A stretch of DNA of 52,866 bases from Thelocarpon superellum (Eukaryota): contig JAPEUG010000006.1 in assembly GCA_026025795.1 (NCBI GenBank), forward strand, positions 62,001 to 114,866, given 5' to 3'. Under the pieces are notes generated by a model that was not told the origin of the DNA, searched no databases, and saw only the letters and a list, made by a program, of their open reading frames with translations. A program made the position numbers and the translations under genes. Positions 36,806 through 50,464 of the stretch are shown here, piece after piece. Position 1 is the first letter of the stretch; each line of letters opens with the position of its first letter.

Positions 36806-37062
36806 TGTGAGGCTGGGAGCTCCACACCTCACCACAAGGATAGGAGTGATCATGTGATGGCCATGTGATAGTCACATGATACAGCATGTGACCTAGCATG
36901 CTGTATATAAACCAAGTCCTGCTGTGAGCTAGCAGAGCCCCAGTGTTCAACTCAAGTAACATGAGGAGGCTAGTCATAGGTCTATGAGCCCTAGGAGCCA
37001 CAGAGTCAACTCCATTGACTACATCTACTGTTTCTGCCTAGCTGTAGGCCTTTGTTGTCATA
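36806..37062 (+). repeat. Gypsy A 5' LTR
   Basis: TGTGA...GTCATA (terminal CA mutated to TA); TATATAA at ~36904; direct repeat of 51320-51576. Confidence 0.93.
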
Positions 37063-37119
37063 GTTTTGAATGCTCAGATACCCAGCAGGGTGCTAGCTAG
37101 AACCAGTCAGACAGGCACC

Positions 37120-38433
37120 ATGGTGGAGACTTGAGCAATGTCCTACCTAGGAGCCATGCAGGGGTCAAGCAGACCTGACACTGAGACCAGGATCAACAAC
37201 ATCAACACTGACACTGAGATCTTAGCAGATGGCTAACAAGACTATGAGATCCAGCAGGCCTCAACAAGCACAGAAGCCCCTACACCACCTACAGCCATGA
37301 TATCCTACCTACAACACAAGCAGACCCTCAAAGAACAGCTGCATGTCCTCAAGGAGGAAGCCAATATTCGAAAACTAGAGCAAGAGATTGCTAGGTGGCA
37401 AAGCTGCACAACAGACACCACACCTGGAGAAACTGCCAATGAGACCTCCAGAGAAACACAGCTTGACACTGCACCCAAGCAGACAGCCAGGAATGCTCCT
37501 CAACAACAACCCCATTCACCTGACTTGTCCACATCCTTAGGCACCACACAGAAGCAACACAGAGAGGAGAAGGACAGGGATGTGGGTAATCCACCCTACT
37601 ACAACAGTCACACCTACAACAAGTGGCAATACTGGGTCTACCATGTCAAACACCTTCTACAAACCAAGCCATACACCTATAAGACAGATGAGGACCAGCT
37701 TACCCTTGCAAGCAACTGGCTAGAACCTGGCATGGTCAACCAGTTTGTACACAAGCAAGCAGGGGCCACACCACTGACAACCTAGAAGGAAGTCAAAGAC
37801 TTCTTCCAACTTTTGATCAACCCTGGCAACACCCAAGCCAACAGTGCAGCACAGTCATACTACAGAGCAAAGCAGAAGCCAGGACAGGACCTATTTCGCT
37901 TTGTATCCTACCTGGAATCACTAGAGGACCTCATGGACCCCATTGACAACACAGCTTGTGTTGGAGTGCTACAGGCCAGCTTACTACCAGAGATACAACA
38001 AGAACTCGACACTAAGGACAAACACCCTACCAATCAAGAGAGCCTGATAGTAGAGGCATCCAAGGTTCAGCAACTCCTGAACCCTCAGGCTGCAAGCAGG
38101 GCCCTAGGGCTAGGCTTGGGACCCAAACAGGGCTGTGGATCAGCACCACAGCTACACAGAAGCAGTCAATCAATGTCATGGTCAGGCCAATCCCTACTGA
38201 ACCAGTCAACAGGAGGGAGCCATACATGGAACCACACATCCACCCTATCAACATCGAACACCTCATCCATGTCAACTAAGCCCCAGGACCATAGCAGCAG
38301 TTCAACCCATACAACATCGAAGGGGTTCAGTAGTGAATGCAACTAGTGCAGCTACAAGGGCCATAAGGAGAAAGACTGCTATGGCAAGAAGCAAGGGAAG
38401 CCAGCACACAACCCAAAAGCAGGGGCTCAGTAG
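37120..38433 (+). pseudogene. Gypsy A gag (CCHC zinc knuckle)
   Basis: ORF fragments 37297-37785 and 37813-38346 share a frame; CN*CSYKGHKEKDC knuckle at ~38338-38379. Confidence 0.85.
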
Positions 38434-41400
38434 ACATCATGTCAGCACTACTGAGTCACTATTCTAAGACTGACACAAGACAATTGGTCATCCTGATTGA
38501 GATCCTGCAAGACAACAGGACAGTCACAGCCACAGCGCTGATCAATTCCAGAGCAGAACAAAACTTTGTATCACATCTGCTAGCTAAGGAGCTGCAGCTA
38601 CATGACTGTGACAAGCCTGCCCCACAGGTAATGGTATTCAGAGGACATTGCATCCCTACATATAGGGTCAAGCAGTTGACCAGCCATGCCAGAGACAGCA
38701 AAGGGCAGGTCCTAGACTCAAAGGACTCCTTTGTGGCTACACCATTCAACCAGTACAAGATGGTTCTAGGTTACCTGTGGCTTGACAAGCACAACCCAGA
38801 CATCTGCTAGACAACAAAGACATGGACTCACAGGGGCAAGGTCCTGCAGCAGTGCAACAACATCACAATTGTGAAGGCCTGAGAGCTGGCCACTGCAGTG
38901 GAGCAGGAGCACATCAGCGTCCTCACAATCCACATGTCCTACAAGGACAACAGCCAACACAAGCACTACATCATGGTAGCTGCATCTGCCAGTCAATCTA
39001 TACCACCTGAATACTCTAACCTTAAGCAGGTCTTCTCTGAGAAGCTAGCAAACCAGCTACCACAACACAGGCCACATGACATAGCCATTGACCTCACAGA
39101 GGGAGAGCCACCATGGGGGCCCCTCTACAACCTATCAGCTACAGAGCTGAGTGTCCTCAAGGACTACATAGAAACCAACCTAGAAAAGGGGTTCATCCAG
39201 CATTCCAAGTCACTAGTAGGAGCCCCAGTCCTCTTTGTGCCTAAGCCAGGTGGGGGACTGTGACTCTACATGGACTACAGGGGTCTCAATAAGATCACCA
39301 AGAAGAACCAGCACCTACTGCCATTGATCAGCAAGTCACTAGATCAACTCTTGTAGGGCAAGGTGTTTACCAAGCTTGATGTACACACTGTGTACAACCT
39401 GATCTGCATCAAGGACAGGGATGAGTGGAAGACAGCCTTCTGAACAAGATATGGACACTTCGAATACCAGGTGATGCCATTTGGGCTTGTCAATGCCCCT
39501 GCTACATTCCAGAGCTATATCAATAGAGGACTAGCAGAATACCTAGACAATGTCTGCATAGTATACTTGGACAACATTGTTATATACAGCAAAGTCAAGG
39601 CCAAGCACACACAGCATGTGTGCAAGGTGCTCAAACACCTCCTACACCTCAGCCTATTTCTCAAGCTAGAAAAGTGCTAGTTCAATGTCAACAGAGTCCC
39701 CTTTGTGGGGTATGTCATCATGCCTCAGGGGGTCTATATGGACCCTAGCAAGGTGGAAGCTGTTGCAGAATGGCCAGCTCCTAAAACAACAAGGGATATC
39801 CAATCATTCATTGGATTTGCAAACTTCTACAGGTGCTTCATCAAGGGCTTCACAGAGCTTGCACAGCCACTCAATGCACTAGTGAAGACACTAAGCAAGA
39901 AGTCAAACACACCTGTGGTGTTGACACAGGAAGCTTGCCACTCCTTCAAACAACTACATGACACCTTCACCAAGGCACTAGTCTTAGGCCACTTTAATCC
40001 CTGCCTCCCCCTATGGGTCAAGACAGACACCTTGCAGATAGGCATCTCAGGAATCCTGTGCTAGCAGCACCAGGAAGACAAGAAGCTACACCACCAATAG
40101 CAACCCATTGCATTCTACTTGCACAAGCTCAGAGATGCTGAGTACAACTATGATACAGGCAACCTGGAGATGCTAGCAATTGTTGCAGCATTTGCACAGT
40201 GGAGACACTACCTCCAGGGTGCAGCATACCAGATCGAGGTAGTGACAGATCACAACAATCTCCACATGTTCACCTCAGCTAAGACACTGAGTGGACACCA
40301 CAAGAGGTAGTATAGCAACCTATCTGAATATGACTTCTAAATCATACATCAACTAGGGAGATTGAACCTAGCCAATACTCCATCAAGACATCCAGACTAC
40401 AAGCAAGCTGCTGCCCCTAAGCAGGGAACTCCCATGTGGTTTGTTAATACCATGGCTGGCCACAACCAACCCCATGCAAGGGGTGAACCAGGCAGAGCAG
40501 CAGCACTCACCCTGATGGTTAGCAGTGGCAGCCATGTGTGCATTACACCACAACAAACAGTGATCACAGCATCACACACCAAGACAGCTTACAGCAAAGC
40601 TACAAGCAATTTCTGCAAGGTCCTTGCAGAACTGCAGCAAGCAGACCCTGACATTGTACATATGACACAGAAGGGCTTCCCACAAGACAACACTGATATG
40701 TTGACACAAGGATGCAACAACCCTGCAGAGATGTGGAGCAAGGACACAGACAGCCTTGTGCTCCACAAGGGGCACCTGTATGTCCCTGCTCAGGGAGCAG
40801 GACACTTGGAGGTTATGTGAACCCACTATGACAACCCCTTAGCAGGGCACTTTGGTGTACACAGGACTACAGAGCTGGTCTAGCAAAAGTACAGCTGGCC
40901 TACTGTGGCCTAGGACATTGAGGAATATGTCCTTACCTGTGCCATGTGCAGATGAATGAAGCCAGCAAGGCACAAGCAGTATGGAGAGCTACAATCACTT
41001 CCTCCACCATTAGAACCATGGAAGGACCTAACCATGGATTTTGTCACCAACCTACCCCTGAGTGGTAGTAGTGGGAAGGCCTATGACTCTATCTTAGTCA
41101 TCATGGACCACTTCACCAAAATGGTATACTACATTGCAGTTTGCAAGACAATTGACATGCCTGAGCTGGCAGATGTCTTCATCAAGCAGGTTGTTAGCAG
41201 ATATGGGCTACCAAGCTCCATAGTCTCTGACAGAAGCATAGTGTTCACAGCAAGCTTCTGGTCTGTGCTGTGCTACTACACAAGGATCAAGCACTGCTTG
41301 AGCTCTGTGTTCTATCTACAAACAGATGGACAGATGGAATGACAGAACCAGACACTTGAGCAATACCTTTGCAGCTATGTCAACTGGCATCAAGATGATT

Positions 41401-42131
41401 AGGTCCAATGGCTACCCCTAGCCAAATTCTCCTACAACAACAGTTGCCATGCCTTGTTGGGAGTATCACTGTTCTATGTGATGTACAGCTACAACCCTGT
41501 GCTTGACCTGACTAGGGATCCACCCCCTTGTGAGGTCCCAGATGTCACACAGAGGGTTAGCCACCTACAGGAGCTATGAGAGGAACTTGTGCAGCAGCTC
41601 CAGGAAGCCTAGAAAACACAGGCTAGATACTATGATCACAAGACAAAGCAAATGACATACACAGTTGGACAGCAGGTGTGGCTATCAGTATGCAACATCT
41701 GCTCTACAAGACCAAGCAAGAAGCTTGACACAAAATACTATGGCCTATTCCACATATTGGAAGCAGTAGGCAGGCAGGCCTACTGATTGGACCTAGGGAG
41801 CAAGCTGGGCAAGATACACTCTGTGTTCCACATCTCCCTGTTAGAACCCCACAGGCAGAGAGACAACAGTGATGAGGAGCAACCAGGCCCCATCCAGATT
41901 AATAGCAAAGACAAATGGGAAATAGAGTCTATACTAGCAGAATGCAAGCAGTATAGGAAGCAGCTCTACCTCATATGATGGAAAGGCTACTTAGAGGCTC
42001 ACAACTCCTGGGTGCCTAAGGAAGACCTGCTACACTCCTGAGACCTACTCAACAAGTTCAAACAATGTCAACACAAGTGTCCTACAGCTCCTACAAGACA
42101 ATTATAGGCACAATGCTAGGCAGTTGATTAA
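38412..42131 (+). pseudogene. Gypsy A pol (PR, RT, RNase H, integrase, chromodomain)
   Basis: ALINSRAEQNF (protease), MPFGLVNAPATFQ, VYLDNIVIYS (YLDD), LEMLAIVAAFAQWRHYL, PWKDLTMDFVTNLP, IHSVFHISLL, WEIESIL..LYLI*WKGY..NSW. Confidence 0.92.
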
Positions 42132-42718
42132 GAATGGATTCAGTCCCTCTGCAGGGAAGGTGTAGCAACCTAGGAAGCTAGTGGCATGTGGGCTTAGCCC
42201 CTAGTGGCTGGGGGCCCAGGGCCCAACCATGCAGCAGGAGATACAAAGATCACCTTAATGGGAAAGGACCTGCAAGGTGTGACCAACAAGTAGCTAGTTG
42301 TTGGCTGGAGGACAACAGGAGGCCTTAGCTCTGTCAAGAGCCATGTGGGAAGCGCTGGATGCTGTTTGGCCATGTGGTTGAGGAGTTGCAGATCACAAGG
42401 CCTAGTAGCTGGCGCTTGGGGATGGCTCTGAGGTCATTGTCCCCCCTGAGGGACCTTGACTTGGGGTTGAAGTGCTAGACAATGGAGACAAGGGAGTGTC
42501 TTGGGCTGATCTGTGACCACAGCTGCGATGCCTAGCAGATCAAGAGCTGGGGTTTGTGCTGGGGTTGACTCTGCCAATTGTGAAACCACACACTCAAGGA
42601 GTGGCCTCACCCTCAAGTGGTTTGTCTAGAAGGTCTGGGTCCTCATCAGGACTGAATGGGTAGACTGCAGGGAATCGATTCTGCCACAATGTGAGCAACA
42701 CCCAGCAAGCAGCAGAGA

Positions 42719-42910
42719 TGTTATGTGTGAGGCTCTGTAGAGGGTCATGTGGTTGTGTGGGCTCAGGAGAATAGTCAGGTGGCCCCATGTGACCACCTGC
42801 TGCCTGGCTATTAACCCCACTTTCACTTAATTCCTTTTCCTTTCCTTAAGAATCAGTGTTGTTACTATGAGCGACCTCAGTTAATAGACAATTCAATCAA
42901 GGATGTTACA
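42719..42910 (+). repeat. Gypsy B 5' LTR
   Basis: Direct repeat of 50273-50464 with TG..CA ends. Confidence 0.93.
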
Positions 42911-42989
42911 GTCTGATTCTTCTCCTACAACTGACTCTATCACAAAGAACAACAAACACCCAAACTTCCCCAACATCCCACCAACCTTC

Positions 42990-44270
42990 ATGGATGTCCT
43001 TGGGATAGACAAGCTGACACCTGCCTGTTGAACTCGCTCCAAGCCAGCCAAACTTCCACCTATGGAGGAAGCTCACCAAGATGCCCCAGCCCCCCCCACC
43101 CTCAATGCAGAGGACCTTCAACAGTCTGGACAAGGCTCCTGCACAGTCAATGAGCCAGACAGCAGCCCTGCAAGCTCTTACTGTGACTCTCATCAATTGT
43201 CAAGCCACAGCTCACAAATGGAGGCACAACAACAGCAAATAGAGGCCCTCCAATTGGGCCAGAAGGAACTCCTCAAGGTTCTGAAGGGAATGAAGGCTCA
43301 ACTGGAGGTGTCAAACACTGCAAGACCACCTGTCGCTTCCCAGGCTGCCCGACCACCCACACTAGTGGAAGGCGAGGCTCTGGACAAGTTATGGGATCCA
43401 GCCACCCATGACAAGGCACTGCGACAATTGACAAGCTGACATACTATACAGACTTCAGTGTTGTCTGTGGTAGGGGGATCCTTCAAGGCCCCCAAACCCC
43501 CACTCTTTGATGGAAACACATGTCAACTCTGGTCATGGCTTGTGGAGTTTGACAAATACCTCAAACTGGTCAATGTGGGCAACCCTGAAGTCAAAGCCAC
43601 TATTGCTGTCCACTACACAGCAGGGGTGCTCAGGATGAGATTCACAGGTATGAAACAAGTGGATTCTGAGAATGTCATCTTCAAGGATTGGGAGATCTTG
43701 AAGGAATGGCTCTAGGCCAACTACAGTCTAGTGGACGCCCCTGGGGATGCAGCCAGAGCCATGGGCAAGTTGGTCATGGGTGCACAGGAGCCAGTTATGG
43801 ATTTCATCAATCGATTCAAGACAGTGTGAGCCAACCTCCAATGGAACAACACAGCTGTATGCAATGCTTTCTGTGATAGGCTTACTCAGCTGATACTTTG
43901 CAAAGTCCTAAGCATGAGAGCAGGGATGCCACAAACCTTTGAGGAGTGGAGAAGGACATCACAGCTTGTAGAGCAACACCTCAAGCTGTCACAGCACATC
44001 CTCCAGGAAGGCCACAGTAATGCACCAAAGCATGTGCACTAGGAGGAGGAACATGGCCCAAGGAAGAGAGTTTTTGGTCACCTAGACCCACACAAAGGAC
44101 CATCCATGTCCACAAACCCCTGACAGACCAATTTTCCCCAGCTGCATCCTTCTGACTGGAAATGGCAATGTGAGAACAATCACTGCATGAATTGCAGCAT
44201 GAGTGGCCATTGGGCCAAGAAGTGTTTCAAACCCTTCTGACTAGGGAGGCAAGCTCTGCCAAAAAACTAG
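42990..44270 (+). pseudogene. Gypsy B gag (CCHC zinc knuckle)
   Basis: KAPKPPLFDG..LWSWLVEFDKYL; CMNCSMSGHWAKKC; ends CCA AAA AAC TAG. Confidence 0.85.
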
Positions 44271-47200
44271 GCCACACAGTTGTAGGGGTGATGGGCTGCA
44301 GACTTTCAGACACAACCCTGTCTCAAGACAGTGCTACCCCATTGCTTCCCCTCAAGCTAGATGCCATTGCTTCATTACCCCCTTCAAAAGGGAGCTGTGA
44401 TCAATCCCCATCAATAACAGAGCCCATCATCATTGCCCTCGCTTCACCCTAGACACCGACATCTGTGGAATTGCTCCACATTGATATTTTTGCTCTCAAT
44501 CAAGGATCAACAGAGCCTCCATTCACCATCAACACTCTAGTCAACTGCAGGTTAGTAGTGAACAGTATCTCAACCTCACTTCTCCTTTGCTTCCTGTGCA
44601 AGCCCATCACAATAGACAAACCTCAACCTAGCATTTTCAATTGCCAGGGTCGTCAACTAGCGCCCAGCACAGATTATCTGTACTGGGTCGACATCTCCAC
44701 AGTCGACTCACCCAGCAGCAAACATCCATTCAGGGCCATAAACATGCACCACAACATGATCCTTGGTCTACCATGGATGTCAACTTGCAATCCCTGCATT
44801 GACTTCTGTACACAAACAGTAATACTCGACCCACCTGTGACGAAACCACCTCTGTTAGCAGATGGATATGCCCCACTCCTAGCCATGAGGCAGGGAACTG
44901 AAGTCACTACCACAACAACACACACTAGTCACAGGGTTCTGACAGAGTATGTGGACCTCCACAAAGTCTTTGACAGCGAACTGGCAAACTCTCTCCTACT
45001 GGTGAGAGGATACCTAGACCATGTGATAGTCCTCAAACCAGACCACAAACCACTGGTTGGCCCATGTTACAATCTCAGCCAGACAGAAATGGGGGTGCTC
45101 AGGGCATACATTGACAAGAATCTAGACAGGGGATTCATCCAACAATCCAAATCCCCCTATGCCTCACCTGTCATGTTCACCACCAAGAAGACTAGAGACC
45201 TACAGTTGTGTGTGGACTACCAGGGGTTGAATCAAATCACAGTGAAGGACAAATACCTGATTCCACTCATTTCGAACATCCTGGACTGTCTGAAGAGAGC
45301 ACCAATCTTCACAAAGCTGGACCTATGGGGGGCCTACAACCTCATTCAAATTCAGCCAGGCAATGAAGAGAAGACAGCCTTTCAGTGCCAATATGGCCTG
45401 TTTGAATACCTGGTCCTGCTGTTCAGGATGTGTAATGCACCTGCGACATTCTAACACTTCATTGACAGGAAGCTGCAGACTGTCATTGACAAGACCTGTA
45501 TTGTCTATCTCAATGATATTCTCATCTTTAGCAAGGACACAGCGCAACACACCAGAGACATTCACAAGATCCTATCCCTTCTCTTGCAGGCAAAGCTGTT
45601 TTGTAAGCTGGACAAGTGCACCTTCAGCACTAGCAAGGTTGAGTTCTTAGGCTATATGCTTGGTGGTAGACAAATAGCTATGGACCTGAGTCACATCCAG
45701 ACAATCACAAGCTGGCCCCAACCCACAAAGCTCAAGGACATCCAGGCCTTCCTAGGATTCACAAATTTCTATCAGTGGTTTATCCACAGATACAGTGAAA
45801 TCGCAGGAGGCATGACAAATCTCACAAGGAAGTCCACACCATTCCAATGGACACCTGAGGCCACAACAAGTTTCAAGAGCCTAAAGACAGCATTCACAAC
45901 AGCACCCTTCCTCAAGCACTTCTACCCTGAATCACCCTCTTTTGTAGAAACCAACACTAGTGTCTATGCCCTTGGAGGAGTCCTATTGCAAAAACATGAC
46001 AACAACAGACACCCTGTTGCATTCCATTCAAGAAAGTTCACAGACACCAAGACAAGATACCAAACATACAACCAGGAAATGATGGCAGTGGTGGATTGTT
46101 TCAAGGCATGGCAACAGTACCTCAAAGGGGCAAGTCAGAGGATCACAGTTCTGTCTGATCACACCAACCTCCAATATTTCCTCACTTTGAAGGTCCTGTC
46201 AAGGCAACAGGCTGGGTGGGCAGAATTCCTGTCAGTGTTTGACTTTGACATGAAACACCAGGCAGGGAGACGAAACCCTGCAGACAGCCTGTCCAGACAA
46301 CCAGATTACCAATCCCTGGACAAAGGCCAACCTAACACCTTCAAAGATATCCTCACTGGAGGCACAACTACAGTAAACACAACCATGTCTATGAACAACT
46401 AGGAGGACTCAACAACAGCGCCAGGAACAACAAACAATCACATTCTCACATAGACCATTCACCTGGCCTGCATGACAATGGACTGTTGCAGGGCCACCAC
46501 TGTCCAAGTCCTCACTGACAACTCAGGAGCTTCCACAGACACACACATGTCAAATGGGAAGCAGGCGACCACTGAGCTGCAAGCAGCTTATACAAAGGAC
46601 AACCAAGCCCTTCTAGCAAAGGACAACAAATTCACTATCTGTGACAGCCTTGTCTTCTACAAGGGTGACCACCTGTACATCCCAACCTGAGCAACACAAC
46701 AAAGGATCCTCAAGGAACTCCACAACTCTCTGACAGTGGGGCATCATGGCATCAAGAAGACCATTGCTAGAGTAGCACAATGGACATTCTGGCCTGGGAT
46801 GAACAAGGACATTGAAGATTATGTCAAGACCTGCAACATTTGCCAACAAATGAAACCCAACCAACACTCCCCTTACAGAGAACTGGCTCCTCTACCAGTC
46901 CCCAAAGGTCTGTGGATCAATATAGCAGCTGATTTTGTCACAGGACTACTGCTGTCAAACACAACTGCAACACCTGCAGAAAAGCTGTTTGATGCCATCC
47001 TTGTTGTCATAGATCGATACTCACAAATGGGTCACTTCATTCCCTGCTATGTCAACACAGACACAAAACAGCTGGCCTACCTGTTCATTCAAGAGGTTTT
47101 CCACAGCCATGGATCACCATCCTCCCTTACCACAGACCATGGATCTCTTTTCACATCCCACTTCTGGACATCCTTGTCAAAAGGACTGGGAATGACACAG

Positions 47201-47989
47201 AAGCTATCCACAGCTTTCCACCCCCAGACAGACAGAAGCACTGAGCAGCTCAACCAGACCCTGGAACAATACCTGCACAGCTATGTGAACTGGAGACAGG
47301 ACAATTGGGCAGACCTACTGCCACTAGCCAAGTTCGCATACAACAGCAGTCCAGGCAAAACCACAAGACAGTCACTGTTCTTCATTTGTACTAGGACAGA
47401 TCCAAAACTGCCCACTATAGTGCACATCTGCAGAAGTGCAACATTACCAGCAGTCCACAACTTTGCAACCAGAATGGGCGAACTATGCCAGATGATGATA
47501 CAAGACCTGAAGCACACCCAGAATGTGCAAGCAGAGAGGCACAACAAGCAACACACCACTGTTGAGTTCAACATTAGGGATAAAGTCCTCCTCAGAACAA
47601 CACACCTCCACACTGACAGACCCTCACAAAAACTCAAAGTGAAGAAGGTAGGGCTGTACACAGTTGTGGCACACTACAGTACACAAGCATACTGCCTAAA
47701 GGTCCCAAAATCGTTTAGAGCACACCCTGTCTTCCATGTCAGCTTGCTTGAGAAGTGGCATCTGAGCTTGCCTGGGCACATCCAAGAGCCCCCACCACTG
47801 ATCAGGGACATCAACAATGACAGACAGGACAGACAGGAGTACAAGATAGATGCCATCTTGAAGTCGAAGAGGGAAAGAGGACAACTAAAATACCTTGTCC
47901 ACTGGAAAGGTTACAGCAACCATGAAAACATGTGGCTACCTGTGAAAGACCTGGGCAATGCAACCAAGCTTGTTAACAAGTTTCACTAA
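44261..47989 (+). pseudogene. Gypsy B pol (PR, RT, RNase H, integrase, chromodomain)
   Basis: LCVDYQGLN, VYLNDILIFS, HPVAFHSRKF, GHHGIKKT..CNICQ, AFHPQTD, HPVFHVSLL, EYKIDAILKSK..KYLVHWKGYSNHENMWLP. Confidence 0.93.
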
Positions 47990-48442
47990 CAATTCCCCTC
48001 TGATCCACATCCTGAAGAGATATAGCTGTGGAGCAAAATCACTGTTAGGCAAAAAGGCTGTGAAGCAGAAAATCCCTATATATCTATAGCTGAAAGTTAA
48101 AAAGAGCTACTAAGCAAGAAAAATGGTGTGAATCCATGACACGAAGTCAATGTGAATGGCATGTGACAGAGTCACTGATTCCCAGTGGGGAAGATGGCCA
48201 CAGTGGCATCATGATCATTGAATGACACCCACAAGCCCAACCCACCCTCTCCCTAACTATCACTTTGCCCCCCCCCCCCTCCTCACCCTCACCTGATCAA
48301 AGTTCTTTCCACTCAACACTTTCCCACCACAATACCTCAACCTTCACAAACAAGCGCATGCAGCACTGGTCCTCAACAATGCCTGTAAAGAAGAGATGGG
48401 GTATCACCATCCTAGTCCCCCTAGATCCAAGCGCATACTGCA

Positions 48443-50194
48443 ATGTGCAAGATCATCGCTGCTGCACATCCGCAGACAAGAGCAGCAGATGTGAAAACAA
48501 CCAATAACATCAACAGACTCCCTTCAACATACAACAAGGAATGGGTGACACCACAGCAGTCATTGTCCTCATTCCAAACACCAGCTCTGGCACCTATGCC
48601 CACCCCTCCTTCATCCTCACAGCCTACTAGTACACCTGCGCAAGCCACCCATCACAACCCAGATGTGGACAACCTGGTGGGTCAAGGAAGCAACATCGCT
48701 TCCCTGTTCCTATCATCAATTGCCAGTTCAAACAACCTAAGCGTGGTATCTGAAAATGATGAGAGAAACAACACTCAGGATGACAAAATGGAAATAGACA
48801 TAGCCCTGCGAACATGCATGAGAAGCTGTCCACTGCTTAACAGCACCTACAGCACAAGCTCATCCAACCAAGACTGTGGGTGGACAACAATCCCACATCA
48901 TCCAAGAGACAGACCTCCATTTGCACCATTCCCTGCAGACCCTGACACATTGATGACAGACACCTGTTCTTCAAACCTCAGCCACCATGGCTCACACTGG
49001 ACAGCGTCATCAGAGAACTTGCCTCAGTCTGAAAATCACATGTTTGTGACAAAAACAACCACCACGACTTGTGGACAACCAAGGCTCCCTTCAGTGTCAG
49101 GGGACACAACTCAGTCAGAGCGCAGCAGCCAACCCTGCAAGGACCCGCAACCCACCCAGCAATGTATTCCACTACTGACAAACAACCCTCCAGATTGAGT
49201 TAATTGCCAGAACGATCACAGCAACACTGCGCTGACCTGTGACCCAGGCCCACCACTGCTGCTGGTAGCCTTCTCAACCCAGCAAACCCTGCCAACAGCA
49301 CCAAGGTCCTATACACCACAGCCCTGTTGGTGTGGTAGACTGGAACAACAAGGCACAGGTTTTGATGTCACTCATGAGTGGAACATCCATGGGTACTAGG
49401 AGAGATTTGATACAGATGAACAAGCAATCGATTTCATCAAGGCCATCATTTGCAAATGTGTATGGACAAGCACATACAACATTGAATGAGAGGAACTTGT
49501 GGATATCGCTCATCTCATCTACCAACACTGAATGATACATAGCTCCACAGACCACCACCACCCCACCACCTTCACCACAAGTCAGGTCCAGAAGATACTG
49601 AAGTTGATAAGTCAAGGAAGATGGAACCCTCAAATGAAACCCCCCCTTTGACAAGACCCTACCTTCAAATCAAAGACTGATCAATGCTTATATGGCCATC
49701 TCACAGAAGATTGTGACAAGCCAGTGGCCACAGCTAGGGACAGATGAAAACACAACTGTTTGATCACAAACCAGGCAGACTACTAGGAACAACCACCTGT
49801 CCTGGTGGAGTGCTGCAAAGGTCAACTGGTTTATGCGCAGTTCCAGGCTTTGGAAGGATTCGCCAACTAGCAACTTGTTGATGCAAAGAGTCACTTTGTG
49901 TCTAGCTGGATTGTACAACCCTTCCCTGATTAACAAAAATTTGCTGACATGGTGCAAACGCTTATGGGAATTGACAAAGAACTGCTCAAGCATACCTAGA
50001 CAACAAACAAGGCCTGGTTGGTTAACCACATGAGGTGGAACATCTACACCAGCCAATCAACAAACCCTGACCTCTGCAAAGCTCCAACTGGACCCTTGCA
50101 CTTCCTTGTCCATACCAGTCAAATGGATATAGTCTGATCCTTTTACACCACTTTCCTCGCAGTGGTTGACCAACAATCACAAGACACCAACTAG
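48443..50194 (+). pseudogene. Gypsy B extra sense ORF3 (~580 codons, unknown product; ends approximate)
   Basis: The frame of ORF 48443-49198 continues without frameshift to ~50194, interrupted only by TGA/TAG/TAA codons explicable as C-to-T or G-to-A transitions. Confidence 0.6.
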
Positions 50195-50272
50195 CCAACA
50201 CAAACAACCACTGATGATGGAGACAACAACACTAAGTTCTCGAGGACGAGAACACAAGGGAGGGGGGAATGG

Positions 50273-50464
50273 TGTTATGCGTGAGGCTCTGTGGAGGGTC
50301 ATGTGGTCATGTGGGCTCAGGAGGATAGTCAGGTGGCCCCATGTGACCACCTGCTGCCTGGCTATTAACCCCACTTTCACTTAATTCCTTTTCCTTTCCT
50401 TAAGAATCAGTGTTGTTACCACAAGCGACCTCAGTTAATAGACAATTCAATCGAGGATGTTACA
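50273..50464 (+). repeat. Gypsy B 3' LTR
   Basis: Direct repeat of 42719-42910, preceded by the PPT. Confidence 0.93.

Larger units (their letters stand above)
42719..50464 (+). mobile_element. Ty3/Gypsy chromovirus 'B', full length, inactivated
   Basis: 192-bp LTRs TGTTA..TTACA (42719-42910, 50273-50464); TSD AGAGA (42714-42718, 50465-50469); PPT AAGGGAGGGGGGAA before the 3' LTR. Confidence 0.95.

Noticed and set aside
48443..50194. Calling Gypsy B ORF3 a retroviral env
   Set aside because: No evident signal peptide, fusion peptide or TM anchor; kept only as an unknown accessory ORF.
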